NCBI GenBank assembly: GCA_964577805.1
Contig: CAZOAG010000004.1
Location: 67,634-131,633 of the forward strand
Reading direction: 5' to 3'
Length of the DNA: 64,000 nucleotides
Origin: an uncultured Opitutales bacterium
GTDB taxonomy: Bacteria > Verrucomicrobiota > Verrucomicrobiia > Opitutales > JAIRKQ01
Numbering within the stretch: position 1 is the first letter of the stretch; each line of letters starts with the position of its first letter. The position numbers and the translations under genes are program-made. Positions 10,361 through 19,118 of this stretch are shown here, piece after piece. The notes under the pieces were generated by a model. That model had not been told where the DNA came from. It did no database searches and was given only the letters and a program-made list of their open reading frames with translations.

Positions 10361-10620
10361 TTTTACAAAAACGGCGCTTTTTGTAAAAGACGAACATTGC
10401 ATAGTCAACAAAATTGTCACCAATTTATTCTCTACAACTCAGAATTTAACAAAATTTTTGCGTAATTTTCACAAAAAATACAGAATGCAATTAACACTAT
10501 TTTTTCCAGGAAATATAAATTATGCCTAATCATCTACCAAACTGGTAACAAATACAAACTATCATGCAAAAACAATATTTTCATTTGCCATATATGTCTT
10601 ATTCACTTAACTATCAGAAA

Positions 10621-11928
10621 ATGGCAACATTTCAAACATTGGCTGGTTTTCGGGATTTTTATCCACAAGATTGTGCAATCAGAAATTTTATTTTTCAAAA
10701 GTTTCGTGAGACTGCAAAAATGTTCGGGTTCGAAGAATATGATGCTCCTATCTTGGAAACTACTGATCTTTTTACTACAAAATCTGGAGAAGAAATCATC
10801 ACACAATTGTTCAATTTTGTCGACAAGGGCGGCCGTGCAGTAGCAATGCGGCCAGAAATGACACCATCATTGGCTCGTATGGTAGGATCATGCGCAAATG
10901 CCATGAAACGGCCGATAAAATGGTTTAATATTGGCGAAGCATTCCGATATGAACGTCCACAAAAGGGACGATTGCGGTCATTCTATCAGTTCAACGTCGA
11001 TTTATTAGGTGAAAAAGCAATATCAGCAGATGCGGAAATCATCGCATTAGCAGTAAATACATTAAAAAGTTTTGGACTGACCAATCATGATTTCCATATA
11101 AGATTAAGCGATCGCAAAATATGGTCGTTATTTGTCCAAATGTGTGGAGTACAAGAAAACAATATTCATGATGTCCTCAGCATCATCGATAAAATGGAAC
11201 GCACAAAAGAGGAAGACGTCATATCGCAACTTAATACTACACAAGATATCAATGGAACGGAATTATTCAAAAAAATAACACAAATCAAATCAATCAAGTC
11301 ATTGGACGATCTCCAAAATGTCATTGAACAATTCAATAACCAGCAATCAGATATTGCACAAAGAATATCGGAATTTTCACAGTTGATGGACAAATTATCA
11401 ATGTTAGGAGTGTCTGATTATATCACTATAGATTTTAATATTGTTCGTGGATTGGCGTATTATACAGGGTTCGTATTTGAAGCATTCGAAAGGACAGGGA
11501 AATCACGTGCATTAGCAGGTGGCGGCAGATATGATGATCTTGTAAAAAAATTAGGGTATAATGATTTGCCAGCAGTAGGGTTTGCTATCGGAGATGTTAC
11601 ATTGGGTAATTTGTTACAAGAAAAAGACCTTCTGCCAAACGTTAACAAAAAAATCGATGCATATGTTGTTTTTTCAACAAAAACAGAAAAAACAGCAATG
11701 GAAATAGCATCGCAATTAAGGGCATGTGGACATTCAGTAGAATATTCATTAAAAGAAAGTTCATTTAGCAAACAACTATCGCAAGCATCGCAATCGCAGG
11801 CACATTACGCTATCATTTGCGGAGAAGAAGAGGCCAAAAACGAGTCCGTCAAATTAAAAGATTTAATTACCGGCAACGAAACTGTAATCAATATATCAGA
11901 TCTAAATAAATATCTACAACATGATTGA
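10621..11928 (+). CDS. hisS: Histidyl-tRNA synthetase
   Basis: MATFQTLAGFRDFYPQD..., FRYERPQKGRLRSFYQFNVD, GGGRYDDLV (class II HisRS motifs). The ATG at 10621 is preferred over the track start at 10564. The stop overlaps the next gene's start (ATGATTGA). Confidence 0.93.
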   Translation: MATFQTLAGFRDFYPQDCAIRNFIFQKFRETAKMFGFEEYDAPILETTDLFTTKSGEEIITQLFNFVDKGGRAVAMRPEMTPSLARMVGSCANAMKRPIKWFNIGEAFRYERPQKGRLRSFYQFNVDLLGEKAISADAEIIALAVNTLKSFGLTNHDFHIRLSDRKIWSLFVQMCGVQENNIHDVLSIIDKMERTKEEDVISQLNTTQDINGTELFKKITQIKSIKSLDDLQNVIEQFNNQQSDIAQRISEFSQLMDKLSMLGVSDYITIDFNIVRGLAYYTGFVFEAFERTGKSRALAGGGRYDDLVKKLGYNDLPAVGFAIGDVTLGNLLQEKDLLPNVNKKIDAYVVFSTKTEKTAMEIASQLRACGHSVEYSLKESSFSKQLSQASQSQAHYAIICGEEEAKNESVKLKDLITGNETVINISDLNKYLQHD

Positions 11929-12262
11929 AACATCGGACATTAATCTCGCTGCAATGACAGAACACTTCTGGGACATTTTAAAAACGGTAAATGATCCTGA
12001 AATCGGCATTAATATGGTAGATTTAGGATTGATATATGCAGTCGATGTCACAACAGCAAATGATGATAAATACAATGTAAATGTTGATATGACATTAACA
12101 TCACCAACATGCCCATTAGCAGATAGCATAATAGACGACATTAAAACTGCGATCAAACGATCAAACATTGCATCAGATGTAACTGTAAACATTGTCTTCG
12201 ACCCACCATGGAATCAAGATATGATGACAGCAGATGGTAAAATGCAATTGGGATTAATTTAA
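11921..12262 (+). CDS. DUF59/SufT-like Fe-S cluster assembly protein
   Basis: 113-aa ORF with LKTVNDPEIGINMVDLGLIY...MTLTSPTCPLA, the hallmark of the MIP18/DUF59 family. Confidence 0.8.
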   Translation: MIETSDINLAAMTEHFWDILKTVNDPEIGINMVDLGLIYAVDVTTANDDKYNVNVDMTLTSPTCPLADSIIDDIKTAIKRSNIASDVTVNIVFDPPWNQDMMTADGKMQLGLI

Positions 12263-12319
12263 CCTTGATAAAATTTTAAATTTTAATTAAATTATTCGCA
12301 TTTACCGAAACGGAAAATT

Positions 12320-12802
12320 ATGAGTGGCAGCAAGTTAAAAGTTGAGGATGCGTTGAGCAATTTGGCATCACGGTTAAAGTTGGACTCTTTGACATTAAAT
12401 GAGCGGAATGAGGCGTATTTATTGTTCGACCAACAATTCCACGTAACTTGTATACTAGACGAAGAAAAGGATGAATTTATTTTACGGTCCATCATCGGTG
12501 ATGTTGAAAAGAATTCAGTAGCAGCGTACACAAAAATTTTGAACGATAACTTTTTCTGGGCAGGAACAGCAGGTGCCAGATTATATTTGGACCCTGCACG
12601 TGGAGATGCTCCAGATACACTAATCATCAAAGAAATCGTCCCAATGGCAATGTTCGATGAAGAACGTCTATATGAACGTATGGAAGATTTCGTCAATGCA
12701 GTGGAATATTGGACATCGGAATATCCTAAGCTGCAACAAGGTGGCGGAAGCGCCCCAGTGGCATCATCGACAGAATCATCAGGATTTATGATGTCAGCAT
12801 AA
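12320..12802 (+). CDS. CesT/Tir-chaperone-family type III secretion chaperone (candidate)
   Basis: 160-aa acidic protein. The N-terminal helix (LSNLASRLKLDSLTLNERNEAYLLFDQQFHVTCILDEEKDEFILRSIIG) and the later FWAGTAGARLYLDP / MFDEERLYERMEDFVNAVEYW blocks follow the class I chaperone layout. The QQGGGSAP tail resembles chlamydial Slc1-type chaperones as I recall them. The overlapping 175-aa antisense ORF is Ser-rich and was rejected. Confidence 0.55.
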   Translation: MSGSKLKVEDALSNLASRLKLDSLTLNERNEAYLLFDQQFHVTCILDEEKDEFILRSIIGDVEKNSVAAYTKILNDNFFWAGTAGARLYLDPARGDAPDTLIIKEIVPMAMFDEERLYERMEDFVNAVEYWTSEYPKLQQGGGSAPVASSTESSGFMMSA

Positions 12803-12832
12803 TCAATATTGGTCCACAATAAAAGAATTGTT

Positions 12833-13426
12833 ATGTCATTAGTTGATGGGTGGTTATCAGGACTAAAAAAAGCGCCAATCTTGACGTCAGAACGGTTGGT
12901 ATTGCGTCCTATTACTGCAGGAGATGCGGCATTTATTCAAGCAAGTGTAGATGACAAACGAGTATGCGACAATTTGTCATACACTCCACATCCATACACA
13001 ATGGAAATGGCAGAAACTTGGGTAAAGAATGTCAACTTCGGAATGACAAATAATAATTGCTGTTATTGGACAATCTGCGAAAATAACACTCAAGTGCCTG
13101 TTGGCTCGATGGGGATCAGCATATTTCGTGAGCAAGAAGGCGCTGAAATGCATTATTGGATAAATGCTAATTTTTGGAACAAGGGATATTGTAGCGAAGC
13201 TGCCAAACGTACAATATCGCATGTTTTTGATACTTTGAAAGCACATCGATTAGCAATAACACATCGAGAATATAATATTGCATCAAAACGAGTGATTGAA
13301 AAATGTGGGTTTATTTTTGAAGGAGAAGAGCGTGATGGACTAAAACGTCATGGTGCATTCGAAAATATATTACGATATAGCATGTTATATGATGACTATG
13401 TACGCGCTAAACAACAATGGATATAA
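12833..13426 (+). CDS. GNAT-family N-acetyltransferase (RimJ/RimL-like)
   Basis: SERLVLRPITAGDA...WNKGYCSEAAKRTISHVFDTLKAHRLAITHREYNIASKRVIEKCGF, typical of the RimJ/L subgroup. The ATG at 12833 is preferred over the TTG at 12809. Confidence 0.8.
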   Translation: MSLVDGWLSGLKKAPILTSERLVLRPITAGDAAFIQASVDDKRVCDNLSYTPHPYTMEMAETWVKNVNFGMTNNNCCYWTICENNTQVPVGSMGISIFREQEGAEMHYWINANFWNKGYCSEAAKRTISHVFDTLKAHRLAITHREYNIASKRVIEKCGFIFEGEERDGLKRHGAFENILRYSMLYDDYVRAKQQWI

Positions 13427-13435
13427 ACAATATCC

Positions 13436-14521
13436 ATGAAAATATTATCAAAGTATGTCCTAGAAAGATGGTTAATATCATTCGTTGCCACATGCATGAT
13501 CGTCAGCGGAATATTGTTATTAGAAGATGTTTATAAAAATTTTTTATTCTTTATAAAAGCTGGCATCCCAACATTTTCATTATTGAAATATTGCGGAATG
13601 TTGACCATTGGATCGCTGCCAATCTCTATACCAATAGCAATGTTCATCGCTACATTGTTTTCTTTAGGACAATTGCACCGTAACAATGAGATCGTTGCCA
13701 TGCGCAGTGCTGGGATGAACTTAATCAACATTACACGACCTGTCATAACATCTGGAATTTTCATCGCTGCATGTTCCGTCATCTTAGAAATGACTATCGT
13801 GCCACATGCGATACATTATGTTACACAATTTCGAGTAGCAGCAGATGCACTATCTCATTATAGCACAACTGTCAACAGTGTAGGATTTCGTAATAACATC
13901 GATAATATTATGTGGTTTATTAGGTCATTGAACAAATCATCCAATATTGCCAATGAAGTGACATTATCGTATTACGATAACAATGGAAATGAATCAAAAC
14001 GTATATTTGCTAATCACGCTCGTTATGATGAAAAAAATAAATCATGGCAGTTGATGAACGGACATATTATGTATTTCGACAATGATGCAGCCACTCCAAA
14101 CAACATAGAACTCTTTGACGAGCATACATTGAATGACATGCGTGAAAATGTTACAACATTATTGATAGCTACTAAAAAAATAAAAAATTTATCATTTTCA
14201 GAAATCCGTTCTGCTATAAAATTTATAAATGATAATACCTATGCAACGCCGTATTTAGTCCGTTTCCATAAAACATTTGCTAATTTTGCCACATTAATAC
14301 TAGCATTATGTATAGCGATACCATTTGCTGTTACCGGGGTACGAGTAAATCCATTGGTCAATATATCTAAAGCATGTATGGTATTATTATTGTTCTTATT
14401 TTTTAATGCAATATTCTCTGTCCTAGGGAATATTGGAAGAATTTCACCAATAATCGCTGCTTGGATAGGAAATTTTTGTATGGTATTTCCTGCAATAAAA
14501 TGTTTTAAATCTGCACTATGA
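13436..14521 (+). CDS. LPS export permease, LptF/LptG (YjgP/YjgQ) family
   Basis: 361-aa ORF with N-terminal MKILSKYVLERWLISF...TM helices, the EIVAMRSAGMNL motif, a periplasmic beta-jellyroll-sized middle, and 3 C-terminal TM helices. Confidence 0.8.
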   Translation: MKILSKYVLERWLISFVATCMIVSGILLLEDVYKNFLFFIKAGIPTFSLLKYCGMLTIGSLPISIPIAMFIATLFSLGQLHRNNEIVAMRSAGMNLINITRPVITSGIFIAACSVILEMTIVPHAIHYVTQFRVAADALSHYSTTVNSVGFRNNIDNIMWFIRSLNKSSNIANEVTLSYYDNNGNESKRIFANHARYDEKNKSWQLMNGHIMYFDNDAATPNNIELFDEHTLNDMRENVTTLLIATKKIKNLSFSEIRSAIKFINDNTYATPYLVRFHKTFANFATLILALCIAIPFAVTGVRVNPLVNISKACMVLLLFLFFNAIFSVLGNIGRISPIIAAWIGNFCMVFPAIKCFKSAL

Positions 14522-15063
14522 GTCCCTCCCTCGTTCATGTCATAGATTTTGAAGGCAATCGACAATGTGGAATAGTAGAGTATGGCATAATAACATTGAA
14601 TGATTTTCAAATATCGAATATTCAATATAAATCTAATATTGAAACATTTAATACATGTCCTGAATATTGGTTAAAATTACGACGAACAGGGATATTATGT
14701 GCACATTCAGCACAAACAGAAGATAATTTATTGAGATTCTATTGGGCATCTCCTGGCGTTGTCCCTGCATGGACAAATGCTAATACTGTTGTCACATGGG
14801 GCCCATGGATAGATACTAAAATGATATATCGTGCATTATATCCAGGATTATCATCATATGAATTAAAGTCTCTAATTATATATTTCGACCTATACGATGA
14901 ATTATTAAACATTGCATCAATGTACTGCGAACCATTCAAAAAAGAATTTCACAATGCACTGTTTGACGCTTTTGCAGCAGCATTATTGTTACAGTATATC
15001 CACAAAACATTGCAAAATGTTACTAATAAATCACTTATTTTACTATCACAGCACAATGATTGA
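14518..15063 (+). CDS. DEDDh 3'-5' exonuclease (DnaQ-like domain)
   Basis: 181-aa ORF with VIDFEGN (ExoI) and HNALFDAFAAALLL (ExoIII HxxxxD). The start overlaps the upstream stop (ATGA). Confidence 0.7.
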   Translation: MSPSLVHVIDFEGNRQCGIVEYGIITLNDFQISNIQYKSNIETFNTCPEYWLKLRRTGILCAHSAQTEDNLLRFYWASPGVVPAWTNANTVVTWGPWIDTKMIYRALYPGLSSYELKSLIIYFDLYDELLNIASMYCEPFKKEFHNALFDAFAAALLLQYIHKTLQNVTNKSLILLSQHND

Positions 15064-15236
15064 TGGTAAAAACCAACATAAAATTACTCTCCAATCATTC
15101 TAAAAACGCCAACAATCGTGGTTTTGCTGTAAAACAATAAAAAACAATAATTGATTTAAACCATCTTGTGTTGACAAGACCAAGAATTCCTTAGTGTTCC
15201 GGCTTAGCGTTAGGACATTTTTCGTCCCGCGATTGT

Positions 15237-15259
15237 ATATGCACAAATATTGTGCATAT
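15237..15259. promoter_or_regulatory. Perfect 9-bp inverted repeat ATATGCACA-N5-TGTGCATAT upstream of rpsO
   Basis: Read directly from the sequence at 15237-15245 / 15251-15259. No T-run follows, so it is not a terminator. Function unknown. Confidence 0.3.
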
Positions 15260-15298
15260 CGTAACGGAGCATGCGGATATAAAATTTTTCTGCTGCTC

Positions 15299-15318
15299 GA
15301 GCATATAAGTGTATGCTC
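15299..15318 (+). promoter_or_regulatory. rpsO 5'-leader hairpin (possible S15 autoregulatory structure)
   Basis: 7-bp stem GAGCATA/TATGCTC with loop TAAGTG, ending 27 nt upstream of the rpsO ATG. S15 is known to autoregulate via leader structures in other bacteria. Confidence 0.3.
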
Positions 15319-15344
15319 CAACAATCGTGCAACAAGGATATAAA

Positions 15345-15599
15345 ATGAAAAAACAAGATATTATTTCTGAGTTTGGTAAAAATGACAAGGATACTGGCTC
15401 TAGTTTCGTTCAGATAGCGTTGTTAACACAAAGAATCAAACATTTAACCGAGCATTTGAAAGAACACAAAAAAGACTGTCATTCTCGCAGAGGACTCATT
15501 GCTATGACGAATCGGCGCAGAAAACTGTTGAGCTACTTGAAATCACACAATCTCGAAGGATATAAAGAAATTATTCAAAAATTGAGCCTGCGCAAATAA
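15345..15599 (+). CDS. rpsO: 30S ribosomal protein S15
   Basis: [66 protein letters not shown], canonical S15. AAGGA lies upstream of the ATG at 15345. Confidence 0.95.
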   Translation: MKKQDIISEFGKNDKDTGSSFVQIALLTQRIKHLTEHLKEHKKDCHSRRGLIAMTNRRRKLLSYLKSHNLEGYKEIIQKLSLRK

Positions 15600-15616
15600 T
15601 GCCATGGCATCAAAAT

Positions 15617-15677
15617 GTGCTCACAAACACATCGTGTTATATCAAAGAATCTATGGCATGCTATGTGTTTGTGGCAC
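15617..15677 (+). promoter_or_regulatory. Long stem-loop in the rpsO-pnp intergenic leader
   Basis: GTGCTCACAAACACAT (15617-15632) pairs with ATGTGTTTGTGGCAC (15663-15677), giving 15 bp with one bulged T. The position is analogous to the RNase III-processed pnp leader hairpin of E. coli. Confidence 0.55.
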
Positions 15678-15700
15678 GAAATATAAGAAAGACAGTACAA

Positions 15701-17983
15701 ATGAAACATAAGCATGAGGTAACAGTTGAAGAATATTCAATTACATTCGCAACAGGAACATTGGCAAAACAGGCCAATGGAGCTATTTGGGTAAGTTCTG
15801 GAGGAACAAACATTTTGGTGACTGCAGTTGCCTCAAATACATTAAAACCAGAACAAGATTTTTTTCCACTTTCTGTAGAATATCGAGAAAAATTTTCAGC
15901 AGCAGGACGCATGCCAGGCGGATATAATAAGCGCGAGGGCAGACCTTCAGAAAAAGAAATATTAACTGCTCGGATGGTAGATCGTCCTTTGCGACCATTG
16001 TTCCCAAAAGGATTTTTAAATGAAGTACAAGTAATCGGTACATTATATTCAACAGATTTGAAAAATGAAGCAGATGTATTGATGATCAATGGTGCATCTG
16101 CTGCTTTGATGTGTTCTGATATTCCATGGAATGGACCAATAGGATGTATTCGTATAGGAGAAATTGATGGTCAATTTGTCGCCAATCCTACAAATGAACA
16201 AATGTTCTCGTCAACATTGGATCTAATTTATGTAGGAAATGAACGTGATATGATGATGATTGAGGGAAATGCAGACCAAATATCAGAAGAACGATTTATA
16301 GAAGCATTAGAATTCGGGCAAAAAAGCATACAACCTATCATCGCTGCCCAAAAAGAACTAGCAACGATGGTAAATCGTACAAAACGTGAATTCGAACTAG
16401 TATTAGCTGATCAAAGTATAGTAGACATTTGCAAAACGTTTGAACAAGAATTAAAAGCAGCTGTATTTCAACCAGGCAAGCTTGACAGGGAACATGCTGT
16501 TCAAGCGATAAAAGAAGCAGCCAAGACAAAAATTATTGATGAATTGGGTGAAGATAAATGCGACATGATATCATTGAACATGGCATTCGAAGCGCTCCAA
16601 GAACAATTATATCGCGACAACATTCTTGATAATAGTTTGCGTGTTGATGGCCGTGGATTGAAAGAACTACGACCGATCGAGTGTGATACCGATGTATTGC
16701 CGATTGTTCATGGATCATCAGTCTTCCAACGTGGTGAAACACAAGCATTAGTATCATTGACATTAGGATGTTCTGATGGCTCACAAGAGATCGATGCTAT
16801 TACTGGCGGTGTACAATCAAAATCATTCTATTTACATTATAACTTCCCACCATTTTCTGTCGGTGAAACCGGCCGTGTTGGAATGCCAGGCCGTCGTGAG
16901 ATCGGGCATGGTGCATTGGCAGAACGTTCTTTATCTCCTGTAATCCCACCGGAGGATGTTTTCCCATATTCCATTCGTATTGTTTCTGACATACTTGAAT
17001 CGAATGGTTCATCATCAATGGCAAGTGTATGTGGTGGATGTCTAGCATTGATGGATGCTGGTGTTCCGATAACTGATACCGTTGCCGGGATTTCTGTCGG
17101 TTTGGTCACACGTTTTGATGGCAACAATAATTTGCTAAAACATGTTGTTCTGACAGATATCATTGGTACTGAAGATCATTTCGGAGACATGGACTTTAAG
17201 CTCTGCGGCACCAGAAAAGGAATTACTGGCGTTCAATTAGATCTGAAGATTCAGGGATTACCATTAGACGTCGCCAAAGAAGCGATTTTCCAGAATAGAA
17301 ATGCACGCATGGAAATCTTGGACATCATTGAATCGACATTGCCTGGCCCACGTGATTCTCTCAAACCGAATGCACCAAAGATCCATGGCATGCAAATATC
17401 ACCTGATAAGATCGGAGCACTCATTGGTCCAGGCGGAAAAAACATTAAAAGAATAACCGAAATTACTGGTGCACAAATCGACATTAATGAAGATAATAGC
17501 GGAAAACTAATTCTATTTGCTAAAGATCAACCTTCATTAGAGCATGCCATTCGCGAGATTGAGATGGTATGTTGCGATATTGAAGAAGGGCAAGTTTACC
17601 GCGGAAAGGTTACATCAATCAAAGAATTTGGTGTGTTTGTAGAATGTTTGCCAGGGAAAGAAGGCCTTGTTCATGTTTCTGAAATGGCAGATTTCCGAGT
17701 AGATAACCCTGCTGACATTTGCAAAGTTGGCGATGAAATCATCGTAAAATGCGTAGGATGTGATGAAAAGGGCCGCATACGTCTTAGTCGCCGTGCAGTA
17801 ATCTGCGACGCTAAGGGTGTGCCATATGAAGCAACTTCACCCAAAAGCGATCGCGGACAACGCGATTCACGACCAAGGAAACCATTCCATGACAATAGTC
17901 GATCATCTCACAATGATCGCAACACATTCATAGATGATCATTCTGCTAGACGGCGTGAACGTAGTGATCGACGCGGCAAATAA
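15701..17983 (+). CDS. pnp: Polynucleotide phosphorylase with a basic/Ser-rich C-terminal tail
   Basis: [31 protein letters not shown]..., two RNase PH domains, KH ([13 protein letters not shown]) and S1 ([19 protein letters not shown]), then a ~55-aa R/S/D-rich tail. The ATG at 15701 is preferred; the track start at 15599 would translate the leader. Confidence 0.95.
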   Translation: MKHKHEVTVEEYSITFATGTLAKQANGAIWVSSGGTNILVTAVASNTLKPEQDFFPLSVEYREKFSAAGRMPGGYNKREGRPSEKEILTARMVDRPLRPLFPKGFLNEVQVIGTLYSTDLKNEADVLMINGASAALMCSDIPWNGPIGCIRIGEIDGQFVANPTNEQMFSSTLDLIYVGNERDMMMIEGNADQISEERFIEALEFGQKSIQPIIAAQKELATMVNRTKREFELVLADQSIVDICKTFEQELKAAVFQPGKLDREHAVQAIKEAAKTKIIDELGEDKCDMISLNMAFEALQEQLYRDNILDNSLRVDGRGLKELRPIECDTDVLPIVHGSSVFQRGETQALVSLTLGCSDGSQEIDAITGGVQSKSFYLHYNFPPFSVGETGRVGMPGRREIGHGALAERSLSPVIPPEDVFPYSIRIVSDILESNGSSSMASVCGGCLALMDAGVPITDTVAGISVGLVTRFDGNNNLLKHVVLTDIIGTEDHFGDMDFKLCGTRKGITGVQLDLKIQGLPLDVAKEAIFQNRNARMEILDIIESTLPGPRDSLKPNAPKIHGMQISPDKIGALIGPGGKNIKRITEITGAQIDINEDNSGKLILFAKDQPSLEHAIREIEMVCCDIEEGQVYRGKVTSIKEFGVFVECLPGKEGLVHVSEMADFRVDNPADICKVGDEIIVKCVGCDEKGRIRLSRRAVICDAKGVPYEATSPKSDRGQRDSRPRKPFHDNSRSSHNDRNTFIDDHSARRRERSDRRGK

Positions 17984-18015
17984 TTAATTCTTAAAAACTG
18001 ATTTAAGAAATCATG

Positions 18016-18054
18016 ACAGCAGTCGGACGCATTCCACTGCTGTTTTTATTTTTT
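18016..18054 (+). terminator. Intrinsic terminator after pnp
   Basis: 8-bp stem ACAGCAGT/ACTGCTGT (18016-18023 / 18036-18043), then TTTTTATTTTTT. Confidence 0.75.
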
Positions 18055-18588
18055 CAAAAAAAAGCCCAATACCACAGCCACATTGAAACAATGACATGTT
18101 TATACCACATTAATGTCGAGATCTTTACAAAAGACCAAAACATTGGCCGTACAATACAAATTTTTCGACAAAACAATAGCTGCTGAAGACTTGTTTAGTA
18201 CCGAACAATCCATTCTTAATTTTTATATTTTTTTGCTTGAAACTGCTCCAAGAAACAAGACCAGACATGCAAATTTTTGGCACGTAATTCAACAAATAAG
18301 AATTAACAATCTTCTACTGTTTCAGTTCTAATACGACATTAATTCTCAAACGTTAAAAACCAACTTTAACAAAAAAAATGGACATTATCACTAATGCCCC
18401 ATCAAAAACCTTTAGAAATTGCAATTCATTAAAAATTGTATCTCATGCAAACTGCACTAACGATGTCACAATAATCTTTACCAAAAGATACATTCACATC
18501 ACGATTAAGATTAATCGATTCTCATACAATATATTTTTACACCAAGTGTGACATTGATGTATGAATCATGTTCGAGTGTTTTTACACA

Positions 18589-18816
18589 TTATCCATTAAG
18601 CCTGATTCGGCCAGTAGTGCTGCCGATCGCATCGGCACCTGGTTTTCCCATGATGCCAACAGATGTTACCTGACCATGCATTCCAACGGAAATTGGCCCT
18701 ACATAATAATCACATGTTCCATAAACATCTACTTCGCCAATTAAAATTTTATCCAAACTGTCCACTAATTTGCCAATGCGATATAGCGACCAATAGCCCA
18801 AGCTCAAATCTCTCAT
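18589..18816 (-). CDS. Small hypothetical protein (75 aa), visibly GC-richer than its surroundings
   Basis: The only coding-looking stretch in a ~1.1-kb gene-poor gap. TATAAT lies 13 nt upstream of the ATG and there is no clear SD. The C-terminal half VGMHGQVTSVGIMGKPGADAIGSTTGRIRLNG weakly recalls PAAR-type repeats (HG..T.G...GKPAA...GS....ING). Confidence 0.35.
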   Translation of the reverse strand: MRDLSLGYWSLYRIGKLVDSLDKILIGEVDVYGTCDYYVGPISVGMHGQVTSVGIMGKPGADAIGSTTGRIRLNG

Positions 18817-19118
18817 TTTTAGAAAAATTATAAAGATATCTTATGTCGCATAAATCGAATGTCCATTAGTTGATTCTTTGCACTCAATTTCTTATGGCAA
18901 CCAGTGTCCAACACTCCAAAATCAAAAATTAAGTACTACTGTAAATCCAAAAATCGAAATTGGAATCAATTTCCAAAGCTACATAAGAATTTCACAACAA
19001 TCAATCTGGACAGAACTCACACGTTTTCAGGTCGCAATTTAATCAATGCTCAAACAAATAAAAAAACAGCGCATCTTTACAAAAAAAGATACACTGAAAT
19101 TAAAAACGAAGACTGAAA

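Noticed and set aside
12292..12819. 175-aa minus-strand ORF fully overlapping the chaperone-like gene.
   Set aside because: Its Ser-rich, low-information composition is typical of an antisense frame. The plus-strand ORF has a coherent chaperone-like pattern and fits the local gene spacing.
15599..15700. Upstream start for pnp (track start 15599), and likewise 3480 for mutL, 10564 for hisS and 22278 for dgkA.
   Set aside because: The extensions are non-conserved. They cover a structured leader or divergent-gene sequence, and internal ATGs restore canonical N-termini.
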